Source: an uncultured Gammaproteobacteria bacterium
GTDB taxonomy: Bacteria > Pseudomonadota > Gammaproteobacteria > Pseudomonadales > Halieaceae
Direction of reading: 5' to 3'
DNA: 64,000 nucleotides
NCBI GenBank assembly: GCA_963704965.1
Contig: CAVPIH010000018.1
Location: forward strand, 57,684-121,683
Below, in pieces: positions 1 to 8,948 of this stretch. Under the pieces are notes generated by a model. That model saw only the letters and a list, made by a program, of their open reading frames with translations, did not search any database and was not told where the DNA came from. A program made the position numbers and the translations under genes. The first letter of the stretch is position 1. Every line of letters begins with the position of its first letter.

Positions 1-493
1 CCATTGTGGCGGGCAGGCCCTTGCTCACCAGGCCCAGGACCACCTGGTGGGCGATAAACTTGGACATGATGTACTCGCTTGCCCAGGGCCAGCAGTTGAA
101 GGGGGTCTCCTCATTGGACATTTCCCCCGGGTTGATGCCGATGGCGGCAATGGAGCTGGTGTAGACAATCTTTTCGAGATCTGCCCGCAGGGCCGCCTTC
201 ATCAGGGCCTCGGTACCCTGCACATTGATCTTGTAGTGCAGGTCGGGGTCTTTGGTCCAGATGGCGAACAGCGCGGCGAGGTGGTACATCCGCTCCACGC
301 CCTTCAGGGCCGTTGCAAACGTCGACTGATCCAGCAGGTTGCCCTCGACGAACTCCACGTCCATGCCGTCCAGTGGGGAACGGTCCTCGCCGGGCATCAC
401 CATTACGCGCACCTCGTCTCCGGCCTCGAGCGCCATCCGGGTTACGTGATTGCCGATGAAACCGGTGGCACCGGTGATCAAAACCTTACTCAT
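1..493 (-). CDS. NAD(P)-dependent epimerase/dehydratase-family (extended SDR) protein, N-terminal part only; the gene runs off the left edge
   Basis: My own minus-strand translation from the ATG at 493-491 gives MSKVLITGATGFIGNHVTRMALEAGDEVRV... This contains a Rossmann GxxGxxG motif (TGATGFIG). The frame stays open to position 1. It is missing from the ORF track because no stop lies in the window. The ATG overlaps the upstream stop (ATGAGTAA). Confidence 0.8.
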   Translation of the reverse strand, partial: MSKVLITGATGFIGNHVTRMALEAGDEVRVMVMPGEDRSPLDGMDVEFVEGNLLDQSTFATALKGVERMYHLAALFAIWTKDPDLHYKINVQGTEALMKAALRADLEKIVYTSSIAAIGINPGEMSNEETPFNCWPWASEYIMSKFIAHQVVLGLVSKGLPATM

Positions 494-2114
494 CAGATTC
501 TCCTTTGACCAGCGCGTCGCGGGCGAACCCGGTGACGAAGGCGTAATCGGGCTTGCCGTTGGGGGCTCTTTGCAGCGAGGGAATCGCCAGCACCTCCCGG
601 GGCACCTTGTAATCCGCAAGGTGAGCCGCCACGTGGGCGCGCACAGCTTCGCTATCGAGGGTGTCTGCCTCCAGACCCGGGCCCTCGACCACGGCGACCA
701 CCATCTTGCCGAAGCGCGGGTGGGGGAGGCCCACAACCAGGGCGTCGGTGATGGCGGGGTGGTCGATCAGCACCCGTTCCACTTCCCCCGTATAGACTTT
801 TTCGCCGCCGGTATTGATGACGGTGCTATCGCGTCCCAGCAGGACCAGGTTGCCGTCTGCACGCACGGTGCAGCGATCACCGACCATCACGTAGCGCTTG
901 CCGTCGATTTCGGGGAACGTCTCGGCGGATTTCTTCGGCTCGTTGTAATAGCCCACCGGCTGGTAGCCGCTCCAGTAGATCATGCCGATGGTGTCACTGC
1001 CCGGCGCCACATCGCGCAGTCCATCATCCAGCACGCGCACACCGCGCTGGGGCTTGAAGACACCCGGCTCGCCGGTGGCCATCGCAAAGCCGGATGACTC
1101 AGAAGAGCCCAGGGTGTCGATCACCACCAGGCCGGGGTTGTGCCGATGCAGGCCGGCACGGGTCTCAAGGCCCAGGGCCGCGCCGGAGGATATCATTACC
1201 CCCAGCGAGCTGATCAGTGCTTCATTCGCGCGCCGGTCCAGCGCCGCCAGCAGGGGCACGGCAAAGGCGTCGCCCACCAGCGCGACACAACCGATCCGGT
1301 GCCGCTTGATGAAGGTCAGGGTAGCATCGGCATCGAATTTCTGGCCCGATACCGTTGCCACCGGCACGCCCTGGGCGATCATCAGCAGTGCCGTCATGAA
1401 ACCGGCACCGTGCATCAGGGGGGACAGCGACAGGAAAGGCGGCGGCGACGGCAGCGAGGCCACGTTGGCGACGTGCTCGTCAAGCGATTTGGGATGGGCC
1501 TGTAGCTGCAGTGGTTCCAGGGCCATGTGGGTGCCCGTACCCATCTTGCGCCACAGGTCCTCGTTGCGCCACTGGGTGCCCTTGGGCAGGCCGGTGGTGC
1601 CCCCGGTGGCAATAAGGATGAGATCGTCGCTGGAAGTCACGGTTTGAAAAGCCCCCGTGGCGCGATCGTAGAGTGAGGCCAGTGGTACGGCGAATTCGCA
1701 GGCAGGCGCGGCGCTGCAAACCTCTATGAAAGCGACCGTTTTTTCCAGGCCCTCGCGAATGGCGGCCACCCACTCCGCAAACTCCGTGTCGTACACCAGC
1801 ACCCGGATGTCCAGCCCGTTGGCCAGCCCGATCAGCTCGTCATCGCGGTAGCGGTAGTTGACATTGACGTGGGCGTGGCCGGCGAGACCCGCGCCGGCAT
1901 AGGTTTCCATGTAGGCATTGGAATTGCGCAGGTAATGGCCAATATGCGAGCCCGCCGGCAGGTCCAGGGACTGCAGGTAGCTGGCAATACCGGTCGCCCG
2001 GCGTCGCAGTTCGCCATAGGAGATGACCAGCTCGTCGTGGATCAGGGCAGGGCGGTCCGCGGTCCGGCCAGCTCCCAGGCGGTAAATGGTCTCGGCAAAA
2101 TTCCAGCGGCTCAT
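486..2114 (-). CDS. AMP-dependent acyl-CoA synthetase/ligase (ANL superfamily)
   Basis: 542-aa ORF. It has the AMP-binding motif IATGGTTGLPKG, and later GDRCTVRADGNLVLLGRDSTVINTGGEKVY and a C-terminal YKVPRE...NGKPDY. The stop overlaps the start of the next gene. Confidence 0.85.
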   Translation of the reverse strand: MSRWNFAETIYRLGAGRTADRPALIHDELVISYGELRRRATGIASYLQSLDLPAGSHIGHYLRNSNAYMETYAGAGLAGHAHVNVNYRYRDDELIGLANGLDIRVLVYDTEFAEWVAAIREGLEKTVAFIEVCSAAPACEFAVPLASLYDRATGAFQTVTSSDDLILIATGGTTGLPKGTQWRNEDLWRKMGTGTHMALEPLQLQAHPKSLDEHVANVASLPSPPPFLSLSPLMHGAGFMTALLMIAQGVPVATVSGQKFDADATLTFIKRHRIGCVALVGDAFAVPLLAALDRRANEALISSLGVMISSGAALGLETRAGLHRHNPGLVVIDTLGSSESSGFAMATGEPGVFKPQRGVRVLDDGLRDVAPGSDTIGMIYWSGYQPVGYYNEPKKSAETFPEIDGKRYVMVGDRCTVRADGNLVLLGRDSTVINTGGEKVYTGEVERVLIDHPAITDALVVGLPHPRFGKMVVAVVEGPGLEADTLDSEAVRAHVAAHLADYKVPREVLAIPSLQRAPNGKPDYAFVTGFARDALVKGESDE

Positions 2115-2126
2115 GGCGGGGTGTCG

Positions 2127-3680
2127 CTAGCCGATTTCCCTGCCGGCATCCTTCCAGTAGGGTTCGCGCAAGACCTTCTTGAGAATCTTGCCGGAGGGAT
2201 TGCGCGGCAGTTCCGAGACTATCTCCAGTCGGCGGGGAATTTTGTAGCCGGCGATCTTGTCCCGGCAGAACTCGATCATTTCCTCCACGGCCAGACTCAT
2301 GCCCGGTTTGGTGACGACAAAGGCCAGCAGGGCCTCGCCGAATTTTTCATCGGGCACGCCGATCACGGCCACGTCGGCCACCGCCTCGAGCTTGGCCAGT
2401 GTGTTTTCCACCTCGACGGGATAGATGTTTTCGCCGCCGCTGACCACCATATCCTTGATGCGGTCCTTGAGGTAGAGATAGCCCTCGTCGTCCAGGTAGC
2501 CGGCATCCCCCGTGTGTACCCAGCCATCGGTGAGATTGGCGGCGGTGGCCTCGGGCAGGTTGTAGTAGCCCAGCATATTGGTATCGGATTTCACCCAGAT
2601 TTCCCCCACCTCACCGGTGCTGACTTCCTTGCCCGCGCTATCCATGATCCTGATCTCGACGCCCACGGAGGGTCGACCGCAGGATCTCAATAGTTCGGGT
2701 TTGCCCGCCAGCGCCCGGCGGTGGTCACCGGGTGAGAGGTTGACCACGGTACCGGTGGTTTCGGTCATGCCGTACATTTGCACGAACTCGCACTGGAACA
2801 CCTCGATGGCGCGGCGCAGGACGGTTTCCGAGATCGGAGAAGCGCCGTAGAACACCGTTTCCAGCTTGCTGAAGTCCCGCTGCTCCACACCGGGAACCTG
2901 CAGCACGGCCATGATCATGGCGGGGACCATGAAAATGCTGGTAACCGGGTAGGTTTCCATATCGTTTAGTAATTGCACGGGATCGAATACCCGGTGCAGC
3001 AGTGTATGTTGGCCGTTATAGATGCCGGCCACTACCGACCCGGCCCCGCCGATGTGGAACAGCGGCGCGCAGACGATGCCCGCAGACCCGGCATGTGGCC
3101 GCCTGGGTGTGGCGATAATGTTCATCATGGTCAATTGCAGGATGTTGAAGTGGGAGGTCACCACGCCCTTGGGGTTGCCGGTGGTGCCGCTGGTATACAG
3201 CTGGATGAACGGATCGTCCCTGTCTACCTCGACACTGGGACTGGTGCGGGGCAGGCGGGCCAGCAAATCCTCCCAGTGCAGGCTGTCGGCCTGGCCGGAG
3301 GTGATGATGGCAATGTCGGCGGGTAGCTGGGGGCGCAGTGCCGCCAGCGCCGCTTCCATGCCATCCAGCACCAGCAGCACCCGGGTGTTGGAGTCTTCGA
3401 CAATGAATGCCAGCTCAGCCGGCGCCAGCCGGTAGTTGAGCGGCACGGCGACCGCGCCCACCTTGCTGGCGGCCATGAACAGCAGGCAGTGCTGGATGCT
3501 GTTTTCACCCAGGACCGCCACCCGTTGCCCCACCTCGACGCCCAACTCGAGAAAGCAGTTGCCCAACTGGTTGGCTATGGCGTCGACCTCGCCATAGCTC
3601 ATTGAGGTTTCATGGTGGCTGATGCAGGGGGCGTCAGCGGTATTTCTTGCGTAGAATTCCAGGTAGTGGTGAACGAGCAT
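2127..3680 (-). CDS. AMP-dependent acyl-CoA synthetase/ligase (long/medium-chain fatty-acid-CoA-ligase-like)
   Basis: 517-aa ORF. Motifs are LYTSGTTGNPKGV, GWVHTGDAGYLDDEGYLYLKDRIKDMVVSGGENIYPVEVE and a C-terminal PRNPSGKILKK. It lies 12 nt upstream of the previous ligase on the same strand. Confidence 0.9.
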   Translation of the reverse strand: MLVHHYLEFYARNTADAPCISHHETSMSYGEVDAIANQLGNCFLELGVEVGQRVAVLGENSIQHCLLFMAASKVGAVAVPLNYRLAPAELAFIVEDSNTRVLLVLDGMEAALAALRPQLPADIAIITSGQADSLHWEDLLARLPRTSPSVEVDRDDPFIQLYTSGTTGNPKGVVTSHFNILQLTMMNIIATPRRPHAGSAGIVCAPLFHIGGAGSVVAGIYNGQHTLLHRVFDPVQLLNDMETYPVTSIFMVPAMIMAVLQVPGVEQRDFSKLETVFYGASPISETVLRRAIEVFQCEFVQMYGMTETTGTVVNLSPGDHRRALAGKPELLRSCGRPSVGVEIRIMDSAGKEVSTGEVGEIWVKSDTNMLGYYNLPEATAANLTDGWVHTGDAGYLDDEGYLYLKDRIKDMVVSGGENIYPVEVENTLAKLEAVADVAVIGVPDEKFGEALLAFVVTKPGMSLAVEEMIEFCRDKIAGYKIPRRLEIVSELPRNPSGKILKKVLREPYWKDAGREIG

Positions 3681-3905
3681 GGCGATCTCTTTTTTTTGCT
3701 GGTGAGTTATCGGTCAATACCGGCTATTTTGTCCCAGGGGTACCTCGATACCGCGGCAGGCATCCTGCAGGGCGACTTTACCGGGGCGTCCATGTCGAGT
3801 CCAATGCTTCGCAACCGGTCTGGAAAGCCTCGGTGGGCCCGGTCGCCCATTCGCTGTCCACGGTTTGTTCCCGCCAACAGTAAACACATAGCAGGAGAGT
3901 ATCAG

Positions 3906-4694
3906 ATGAGCGATAACGAAGGATCCATTACGGTAGAAGTGCGCGACCACCTGTTGCTGATCGGCATCAACCGGCCTGAAAAATACAACAGTTATACGCC
4001 GCATATGGAGCGGCAACTCATCGAAGCCTTTACCCGCCTGGATGAAGATCCGCAGTTGTGGGTAGGCGTGCTGTTTGGGCATGGCGACCACTTTACGGCG
4101 GGTCTGGACCTGCCGAAATGGACTGCTAAGATGGCCGCTGGCGGCGAGGGCCGCAATCGCGAGTCGCAGGTGGATCCGATGGCGCTGGGTCGCAGTTGCC
4201 GCAAGCCAATCGTGACCGCGGTGCAAGGCATCACCTTTACCTTTGGTATCGAGCTGGCGCTGGCCGGGGATATCGTCATTGCGGCGGACAATTGCCGGTT
4301 TTCGCAACTGGAGCCCGCCAGGGGTATTCATGCCACCGGGGGCGCAACCTTTCGCATTACCGAGCGGGCCGGCTGGGGCAACGCCATGTACCACCTGTTG
4401 ACCAGCGACGAATTTGACGCCAACGAGGCCTATCGCATCGGCCTGGTTCAGGAGGTGGTCGTTGTCGGGTCGCAGCTGGATCGCGCCATCGAAATTGCCC
4501 AGCGCATCGCCGCCCAGGCTCCCCTGGCAGTGCAGGCGACCAAGGCCTCGGCGCGCCGCTATCTCAACGAGGGCGTGCAGGCCTGTGTAGCGGCGCTGGG
4601 TCCGGTACAGGCTCAGCTGCTGGCCAGCGAAGATGCGCAGGAGGGGGTCAGGTCATTCATTGAGCGCCGCACGGCGGTGTTCGCGGGCAAGTAA
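3906..4694 (+). CDS. Enoyl-CoA hydratase/isomerase (crotonase) family protein
   Basis: ATG at 3906 is preceded by AGGAGAG (3893-3899). Crotonase motifs are LIGINRPEKYNSYT, GHGDHFTAGLDL and GITFTFGIELALAGDIVIAADNCRFSQLE. The track ORF start at 3612 would overlap the divergent ligase and is unlikely. Confidence 0.8.
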   Translation: MSDNEGSITVEVRDHLLLIGINRPEKYNSYTPHMERQLIEAFTRLDEDPQLWVGVLFGHGDHFTAGLDLPKWTAKMAAGGEGRNRESQVDPMALGRSCRKPIVTAVQGITFTFGIELALAGDIVIAADNCRFSQLEPARGIHATGGATFRITERAGWGNAMYHLLTSDEFDANEAYRIGLVQEVVVVGSQLDRAIEIAQRIAAQAPLAVQATKASARRYLNEGVQACVAALGPVQAQLLASEDAQEGVRSFIERRTAVFAGK

Positions 4695-4700
4695 GGGAAC

Positions 4701-5516
4701 ATGGAGAGAGCAATGGACGAGCGTATAAGCATAACCGTGGAGCAGGGCATAGCCGATGTGCGCCTGATTCGCAGCGACAAGATGAACGCCCTGGACGGAC
4801 GCATGTTCGCGGCGTTTGAAAAAGCCGGGGAGCAACTGCGCGGCAATCCGGAGATTCGGGTGGTTGTGCTGTCCGGAGAGGGAAAAGCGTTCTGTGCCGG
4901 ACTGGATGTTGCCAACTTCGCCGGCATCAGCCCGGGGAATGCCTCCCAGTCGATTCCGAACTCGTTGAGCGAGCGAACCAATGGCATCGCCAATTTACCC
5001 CAGTACGCGGCCTGGATGTGGCGCGAGTTACCGGTTCCGGTGATTACAGCCTTGCACGGGGTCGCCTTTGGCGGTGGCTTCCAGGTGGCATTGGGCGCGG
5101 ATATTCGCATCGCCGCACCGGGTACACGCATGTCGGTAATGGAAATAAAATGGGGCCTGGTTCCCGATATGGCCGGCACCCAGCTCATGCGGCACCTGGC
5201 CCGCGACGACGTGATCAGGGAGCTGACCTACACGGGGCGGATTTTCGATGCCGAGGAGGCGCTCGCTATGGGCTTTGTTACCCGCATAGCGAACGACCCA
5301 CTGGGAGAGGCCATGGATATCGCCCGGCAAATCAGTCAGCGCAGTCCCGACGCAATTCGTGGCGACAAGCAACTGCTGAACGAGTGTCTCTACCTGCACC
5401 CGGCAGAGGGCCTGTTGCTGGAGTCGCAGCTGCAGGACCGCATAATGGGCAAGCCCAACCAGGTCGAGGCAGTCATGTCCCAGCTGGAGGGCAGGCCGGC
5501 GGCTTTCAGCTCCTGA
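4701..5516 (+). CDS. Enoyl-CoA hydratase/isomerase (crotonase) family protein
   Basis: 271-aa ORF. Motifs are VVVLSGEGKAFCAGLDV and ALHGVAFGGGFQVALGADIRIAAPGTRMSVMEIKWGLVPD. It starts 6 nt after the previous crotonase. An alternative ATG is at 4713. Confidence 0.85.
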   Translation: MERAMDERISITVEQGIADVRLIRSDKMNALDGRMFAAFEKAGEQLRGNPEIRVVVLSGEGKAFCAGLDVANFAGISPGNASQSIPNSLSERTNGIANLPQYAAWMWRELPVPVITALHGVAFGGGFQVALGADIRIAAPGTRMSVMEIKWGLVPDMAGTQLMRHLARDDVIRELTYTGRIFDAEEALAMGFVTRIANDPLGEAMDIARQISQRSPDAIRGDKQLLNECLYLHPAEGLLLESQLQDRIMGKPNQVEAVMSQLEGRPAAFSS

Positions 5517-5523
5517 GGCCCAC

Positions 5524-5841
5524 TCAGGCCTCGCTGTCGAGCTTCCACACGCAGCTGGAAGAGGCGCTCAGGTTCTGCCGCGCGGTGACAGCGGCAGGGT
5601 TTTGCCGGTCGGCCTCCCTGAACACGGCAACCGTGAATGCGATGCCCCCGATGACCAGCAGGTGCGCCAGCCAGGTCAGCCCGAATTCGAAGATGGATAG
5701 GAACGACAGGCTGAAAACCATGCTCCACATCCACCCCAACACCTGCATGAAGTAGTGCTGGGAGGCGAGGTCAAGATGCCTGAGGGGGTTGCGTTGGTTG
5801 TCCATTACTGCGTCCCAGCTGTCGATAATCAGTTGTTTCAT
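5524..5841 (-). CDS. Small hypothetical membrane protein
   Basis: 105-aa ORF with two hydrophobic helices (VLGWMWSMVFSLSFLSIF and LAHLLVIGGIAFTVAVF). I do not recognise the family. Confidence 0.5.
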   Translation of the reverse strand: MKQLIIDSWDAVMDNQRNPLRHLDLASQHYFMQVLGWMWSMVFSLSFLSIFEFGLTWLAHLLVIGGIAFTVAVFREADRQNPAAVTARQNLSASSSCVWKLDSEA

Positions 5842-5975
5842 GGCTGTGTGCTCCTGTTGGGTCCTGTATTGATACGGGCTGACTGCGAACCCGGTTCAGT
5901 CGAGGCGTCCGATGTCGCGATTCCCTCCGGAGCCTGGCTGCCGCTTGCAACTATTGCTGGCCTTGTAGTACCTGC

Positions 5976-6212
5976 TCAGGATTTACGGCCCAGTAGTCGT
6001 TGCCACCAGGATTTTTTGCTGCTGCGGTCGCCGCGCTGATGGGTGTCGGGCACGCCGTGCAGGGCGTACCACTGCTCCCATTCGTGGGGGGTGAGGGTCC
6101 TGGGGACTGAAGTCGTGGTTGCACGCTTGAGGGACTGTGCGCGCAGGGAGAGGTCAGAGCTGGCCTGCTCCTCTCCCAGGAGTTGCGCAATACGGTCGTG
6201 ATCGACGGCCAT
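5976..6212 (-). CDS. Hypothetical small protein
   Basis: 78-aa ORF with an ATG start and GC-rich third codon positions like its neighbours. It lies between the fasciclin gene and the small membrane-protein gene on the same strand. No motif recognised. Confidence 0.35.
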   Translation of the reverse strand: MAVDHDRIAQLLGEEQASSDLSLRAQSLKRATTTSVPRTLTPHEWEQWYALHGVPDTHQRGDRSSKKSWWQRLLGRKS

Positions 6213-6237
6213 CAGGTACCCCGCTGTGCCCTGTCTA

Positions 6238-6756
6238 TCAGGAACCGGGCATGATCACCGCGTCTATCACATGAATGACGCCGTTGGATGCCTCTATATC
6301 TGTCGCGACAACCGTGGCACCGTCAACCATTACGCTGCCGTCTTCTGCACTGATGGCGATAGTGTCTCCTTCCAGGCTGGTCGCCTCGGTCAAGGTCACT
6401 ACATCCGCGGCCATTACTTTACCCGGGACCACGTGATAGGTAAGAATTGCCACCAGTTTGTCCTTGTTCTCGGGCAGGAGCAGCATATCGAGCGTGCCGG
6501 CGGGCAGCTGGGCGAAGGCCTCATTAGTGGGGGCGAAAACCGTGAACGGACCGTCGCCAGACAGTGCTTCTACCAGGCCCGCGGCTTGCAGCGCGGCTAC
6601 CAGGGTTGAAAAGTCCGCATTGCCGACCGCGATCTCGACGACCGTAGGTTCGGCCTGTGCCTCGCCACCCTCGTGATGGGCGGCATAGCTGATGGTGGTG
6701 GTAAACAGTGCGCCGCAGAGGGCGGCGGCAGCAAATATTCTTCCAGTGATGGTCAT
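6238..6756 (-). CDS. Secreted fasciclin (FAS1) domain protein
   Basis: 172-aa ORF with a signal peptide ([25 protein letters not shown]). FAS1 motifs are [21 protein letters not shown] and [13 protein letters not shown]. Confidence 0.85.
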   Translation of the reverse strand: MTITGRIFAAAALCGALFTTTISYAAHHEGGEAQAEPTVVEIAVGNADFSTLVAALQAAGLVEALSGDGPFTVFAPTNEAFAQLPAGTLDMLLLPENKDKLVAILTYHVVPGKVMAADVVTLTEATSLEGDTIAISAEDGSVMVDGATVVATDIEASNGVIHVIDAVIMPGS

Positions 6757-6912
6757 AGTGAGTTCCTCGCAGAGGGTTCAGGGGCGGAAGCAGGATTGTT
6801 CCGCTACATTCCTTGTACGCGCATTCACTCGCCCCGGACTCGTGCTGTCATGGTTGTGCCCAGTTCCCCGCTGTGAACCTTCGGCATTTTTACTTCATGG
6901 TCGCGGTACAGT

Positions 6913-8094
6913 TCAGCCCACCACGCAGGTGAATTCCGCGTCGTTGAGTTGCGGGCAGAGCGTTCGTAGCGGCTTGCGCTGCTGTTCGTCCAGGGCGTCC
7001 CAGGACTGGCAGAGGTCCCGCCACACGGGTACCTGGAAACTTTTGACCACCGCGCGAAAAGGCTGGTCCATGAGGGTGCCGTCATACAGTGCCTGCCGCT
7101 GGTCGAAGGCCGCCTCGTTGAACAGGGTCTGCCCCCGCTCCACTGCTGCCCGGTACGCGCCGGTATTTTGTCGCATCAGGGGCACGAAGGTCTCTGCAAT
7201 AACCTTCAGTAGTGGACGCAAACTCTCATGCAGATACAGTTTTCCCGCGCTACCCTGGTGTCCGCCGTCGCGAATCATGCACAGCCACTGGAGGGTTCGT
7301 GGCGCCAGCTCTCCCAGCAGGCTGGCAGCGCGTCCGTCCACCAGGTTCATGGCGAGCTGGCCGTAGGCACTTGCATCGGCCAGGGTAAAATGTTCCCCAA
7401 GCAGATAGGGCTGCCGCTCCAGTACCGTTTCTATGGCCGCGAGGTATTGGCGCCACGCGTTGTCGAGAAGTTCGTGGGTCGGTGGAAAACCCGGTAGTGC
7501 CGGTGGCGTGAGTTCCCGGCTTACCCCGGCGTCAAATCCCAGCGGAGCCACGCTGAACAAGTAGGGGCAGCGCCGCACCTGGCGTTTTGCCAGGCTGCGG
7601 GCAACTCGCCGGTGCAGGCCCAAAGGAAACAGCTTGCGCATTTCCCGGCTGGTAAACTCGCCCATGCGGTTGGTTGCAGCGGAGATGACCCAGCGATTGT
7701 GGTGCACCATGTAAAGACCGAACTCGTCAAAGGCCTCATCGATAAGTTGGCACGCGAACCGCAGGCCCGGCTCAGGCGGCAACAGTCCCTGGGCGGCTGG
7801 CGTGAGTCGCAGCAGATGGTAGCCGAGTCCGCTGGAATCGTAGTAGAAGGTTTTACCGTCCAGCGTGTAAAAGGGTACAGAAGGGTATTCGTCCAGGCCG
7901 GCCACTCGCGAAGGCAGGCGTTCGATGGACTCGGTACGGATCGCCCGGCGCAATCGCCAGGCCATCCCCAGGGCTCGGGCGCTACTGAGCTGTTCCGGTG
8001 CGCGCTGCCAGGGGATGCCGGCGGCATTTGCCAATGCCTGCATCTTGAGCTGATAGGGAGAGGCCGTGACCCCCCAGAAGGTAATCTGTGGCAT
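6913..8094 (-). CDS. Long GST-like protein with a roughly 100-aa C-terminal extension (paralog 1 of 3)
   Basis: The N-terminus ITFWGVTASPYQLKMQALANAAGIPW looks like the thioredoxin-like GST_N fold with an SPY motif. QPYLLGEHFTLADASAYGQL looks like GST_C. The C-terminal tail is shared with the genes at 9803 and 22285. I prefer the ATG at 8094, which has AAGGGA 5 nt upstream. The track start at 8115 is a TTG. Confidence 0.7.
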   Translation of the reverse strand: MPQITFWGVTASPYQLKMQALANAAGIPWQRAPEQLSSARALGMAWRLRRAIRTESIERLPSRVAGLDEYPSVPFYTLDGKTFYYDSSGLGYHLLRLTPAAQGLLPPEPGLRFACQLIDEAFDEFGLYMVHHNRWVISAATNRMGEFTSREMRKLFPLGLHRRVARSLAKRQVRRCPYLFSVAPLGFDAGVSRELTPPALPGFPPTHELLDNAWRQYLAAIETVLERQPYLLGEHFTLADASAYGQLAMNLVDGRAASLLGELAPRTLQWLCMIRDGGHQGSAGKLYLHESLRPLLKVIAETFVPLMRQNTGAYRAAVERGQTLFNEAAFDQRQALYDGTLMDQPFRAVVKSFQVPVWRDLCQSWDALDEQQRKPLRTLCPQLNDAEFTCVVG

Positions 8095-8146
8095 TGGGGT
8101 CCCTTGAAGATTCAAGCTGGTTCATGGTTTTCTGGTGTCGTAAAAT

Positions 8147-8165
8147 ATGGCATAAATGCTGCCAT
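8147..8165. promoter_or_regulatory. Candidate operator palindrome ATGGCA-N7-TGCCAT (site 1 of 4)
   Basis: The sequence is ATGGCATAAATGCTGCCAT, with perfect 6-bp inverted arms and an AT-rich spacer. It lies in the divergent intergenic region between GST-like paralog 1 and the TetR gene. It matches site 2 at 16 of 19 positions. Confidence 0.6.
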
Positions 8166-8236
8166 AAGATGATCGGCCATGCCGGTTCCTATGATAATAT
8201 AGCTGATGAAGACGAATACGATACCTGGACCTCATA

Positions 8237-8833
8237 GTGAACAAGAGCGCGCAGATAGAAATCACCGTCGTTCCGGACGGCAGGCGCCTGCGCAGCGAGC
8301 GCAGCAAGCAGGCCATCATCGACGCGTCCCTGGCGCTGATGGAGGAGGGCAACCTCATCCCCACGGCACAACAGATTTCCGACCGTTCGGGGGTGGGCAT
8401 TCGATCCTTTTTTCGTCACTTCGAGGATATGGAGAACCTGTTTGCCACCATCGAGCAACAGATTCGTGAGACGACTGAAGCGCTGTTTCTTGGGGGTGAT
8501 CGGGACGGGACTCTTGAAGAGCGCGTGCTGCACGCGGTAGAGCGTCGCGCGGCGGGCTACGAAGTGGAGCGGAATATGATTCTCTCCACGCTTGCCCAGT
8601 TGTGGCGCTCGGAAACCCTGCGCCGAAACTACGCCCGTTACCAGCGCGGCTTGCGCAAGGACCTGGACGATTGGCTGCCGGAACTGGCGCAATTGACAGG
8701 CAACCAGCGCGAGGCCGTGGACGCGCTGACCTCCTTCGAAATGTGGCACCGCCTGCGCTATCACCAGGGGCTTGGTAAGGCGGCGGCCATCGATGTTATC
8801 GTCGGCATGCTGAAAGCGCAGCTACAGGGATGA
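8237..8833 (+). CDS. TetR/AcrR-family transcriptional regulator
   Basis: 198-aa ORF with a GTG start. The N-terminal HTH is RSKQAIIDASLALMEEGNLIPTAQQISDRSGVGIRSFFRHFEDMENLF. It is a clear paralog of the TetR gene at 60936. Confidence 0.85.
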   Translation: MNKSAQIEITVVPDGRRLRSERSKQAIIDASLALMEEGNLIPTAQQISDRSGVGIRSFFRHFEDMENLFATIEQQIRETTEALFLGGDRDGTLEERVLHAVERRAAGYEVERNMILSTLAQLWRSETLRRNYARYQRGLRKDLDDWLPELAQLTGNQREAVDALTSFEMWHRLRYHQGLGKAAAIDVIVGMLKAQLQG

Positions 8834-8948
8834 GCGTTCTCAGGAATGAATAGCCCCCGGCGGTTCCTCGCCCTGTAATCCGTTTGCGTCCTCTGCCTGT
8901 CAGCCTGCTATGCAGGGCCGGCAAAGTTGCTTTCCCAGGAGATTGCCC

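Noticed and set aside
3612-3905. The N-terminal extension of the first crotonase ORF, which the track starts at 3612
   Set aside because: The extension would overlap the divergent ligase start (3680) and contains no crotonase sequence. A strong AGGAGAG Shine-Dalgarno sequence precedes the ATG at 3906, where family similarity begins.
8147-8165. Reading the four palindromes as sigma-54 (-24/-12) promoters, since TGGCA-N7-TGC matches the GG-N10-GC spacing on both strands
   Set aside because: I do not favour this reading, although it is not excluded. Conservation extends symmetrically beyond the -12 GC (TGCCAT), as expected for a dimeric DNA-binding protein. The TTGC 'T' of the -12 element is not conserved. 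No sigma-54 enhancer-binding-protein gene is in the window. Site 3 is only 16 nt from a start codon, leaving no room for a leader. TSS mapping in an rpoN mutant would settle the question.
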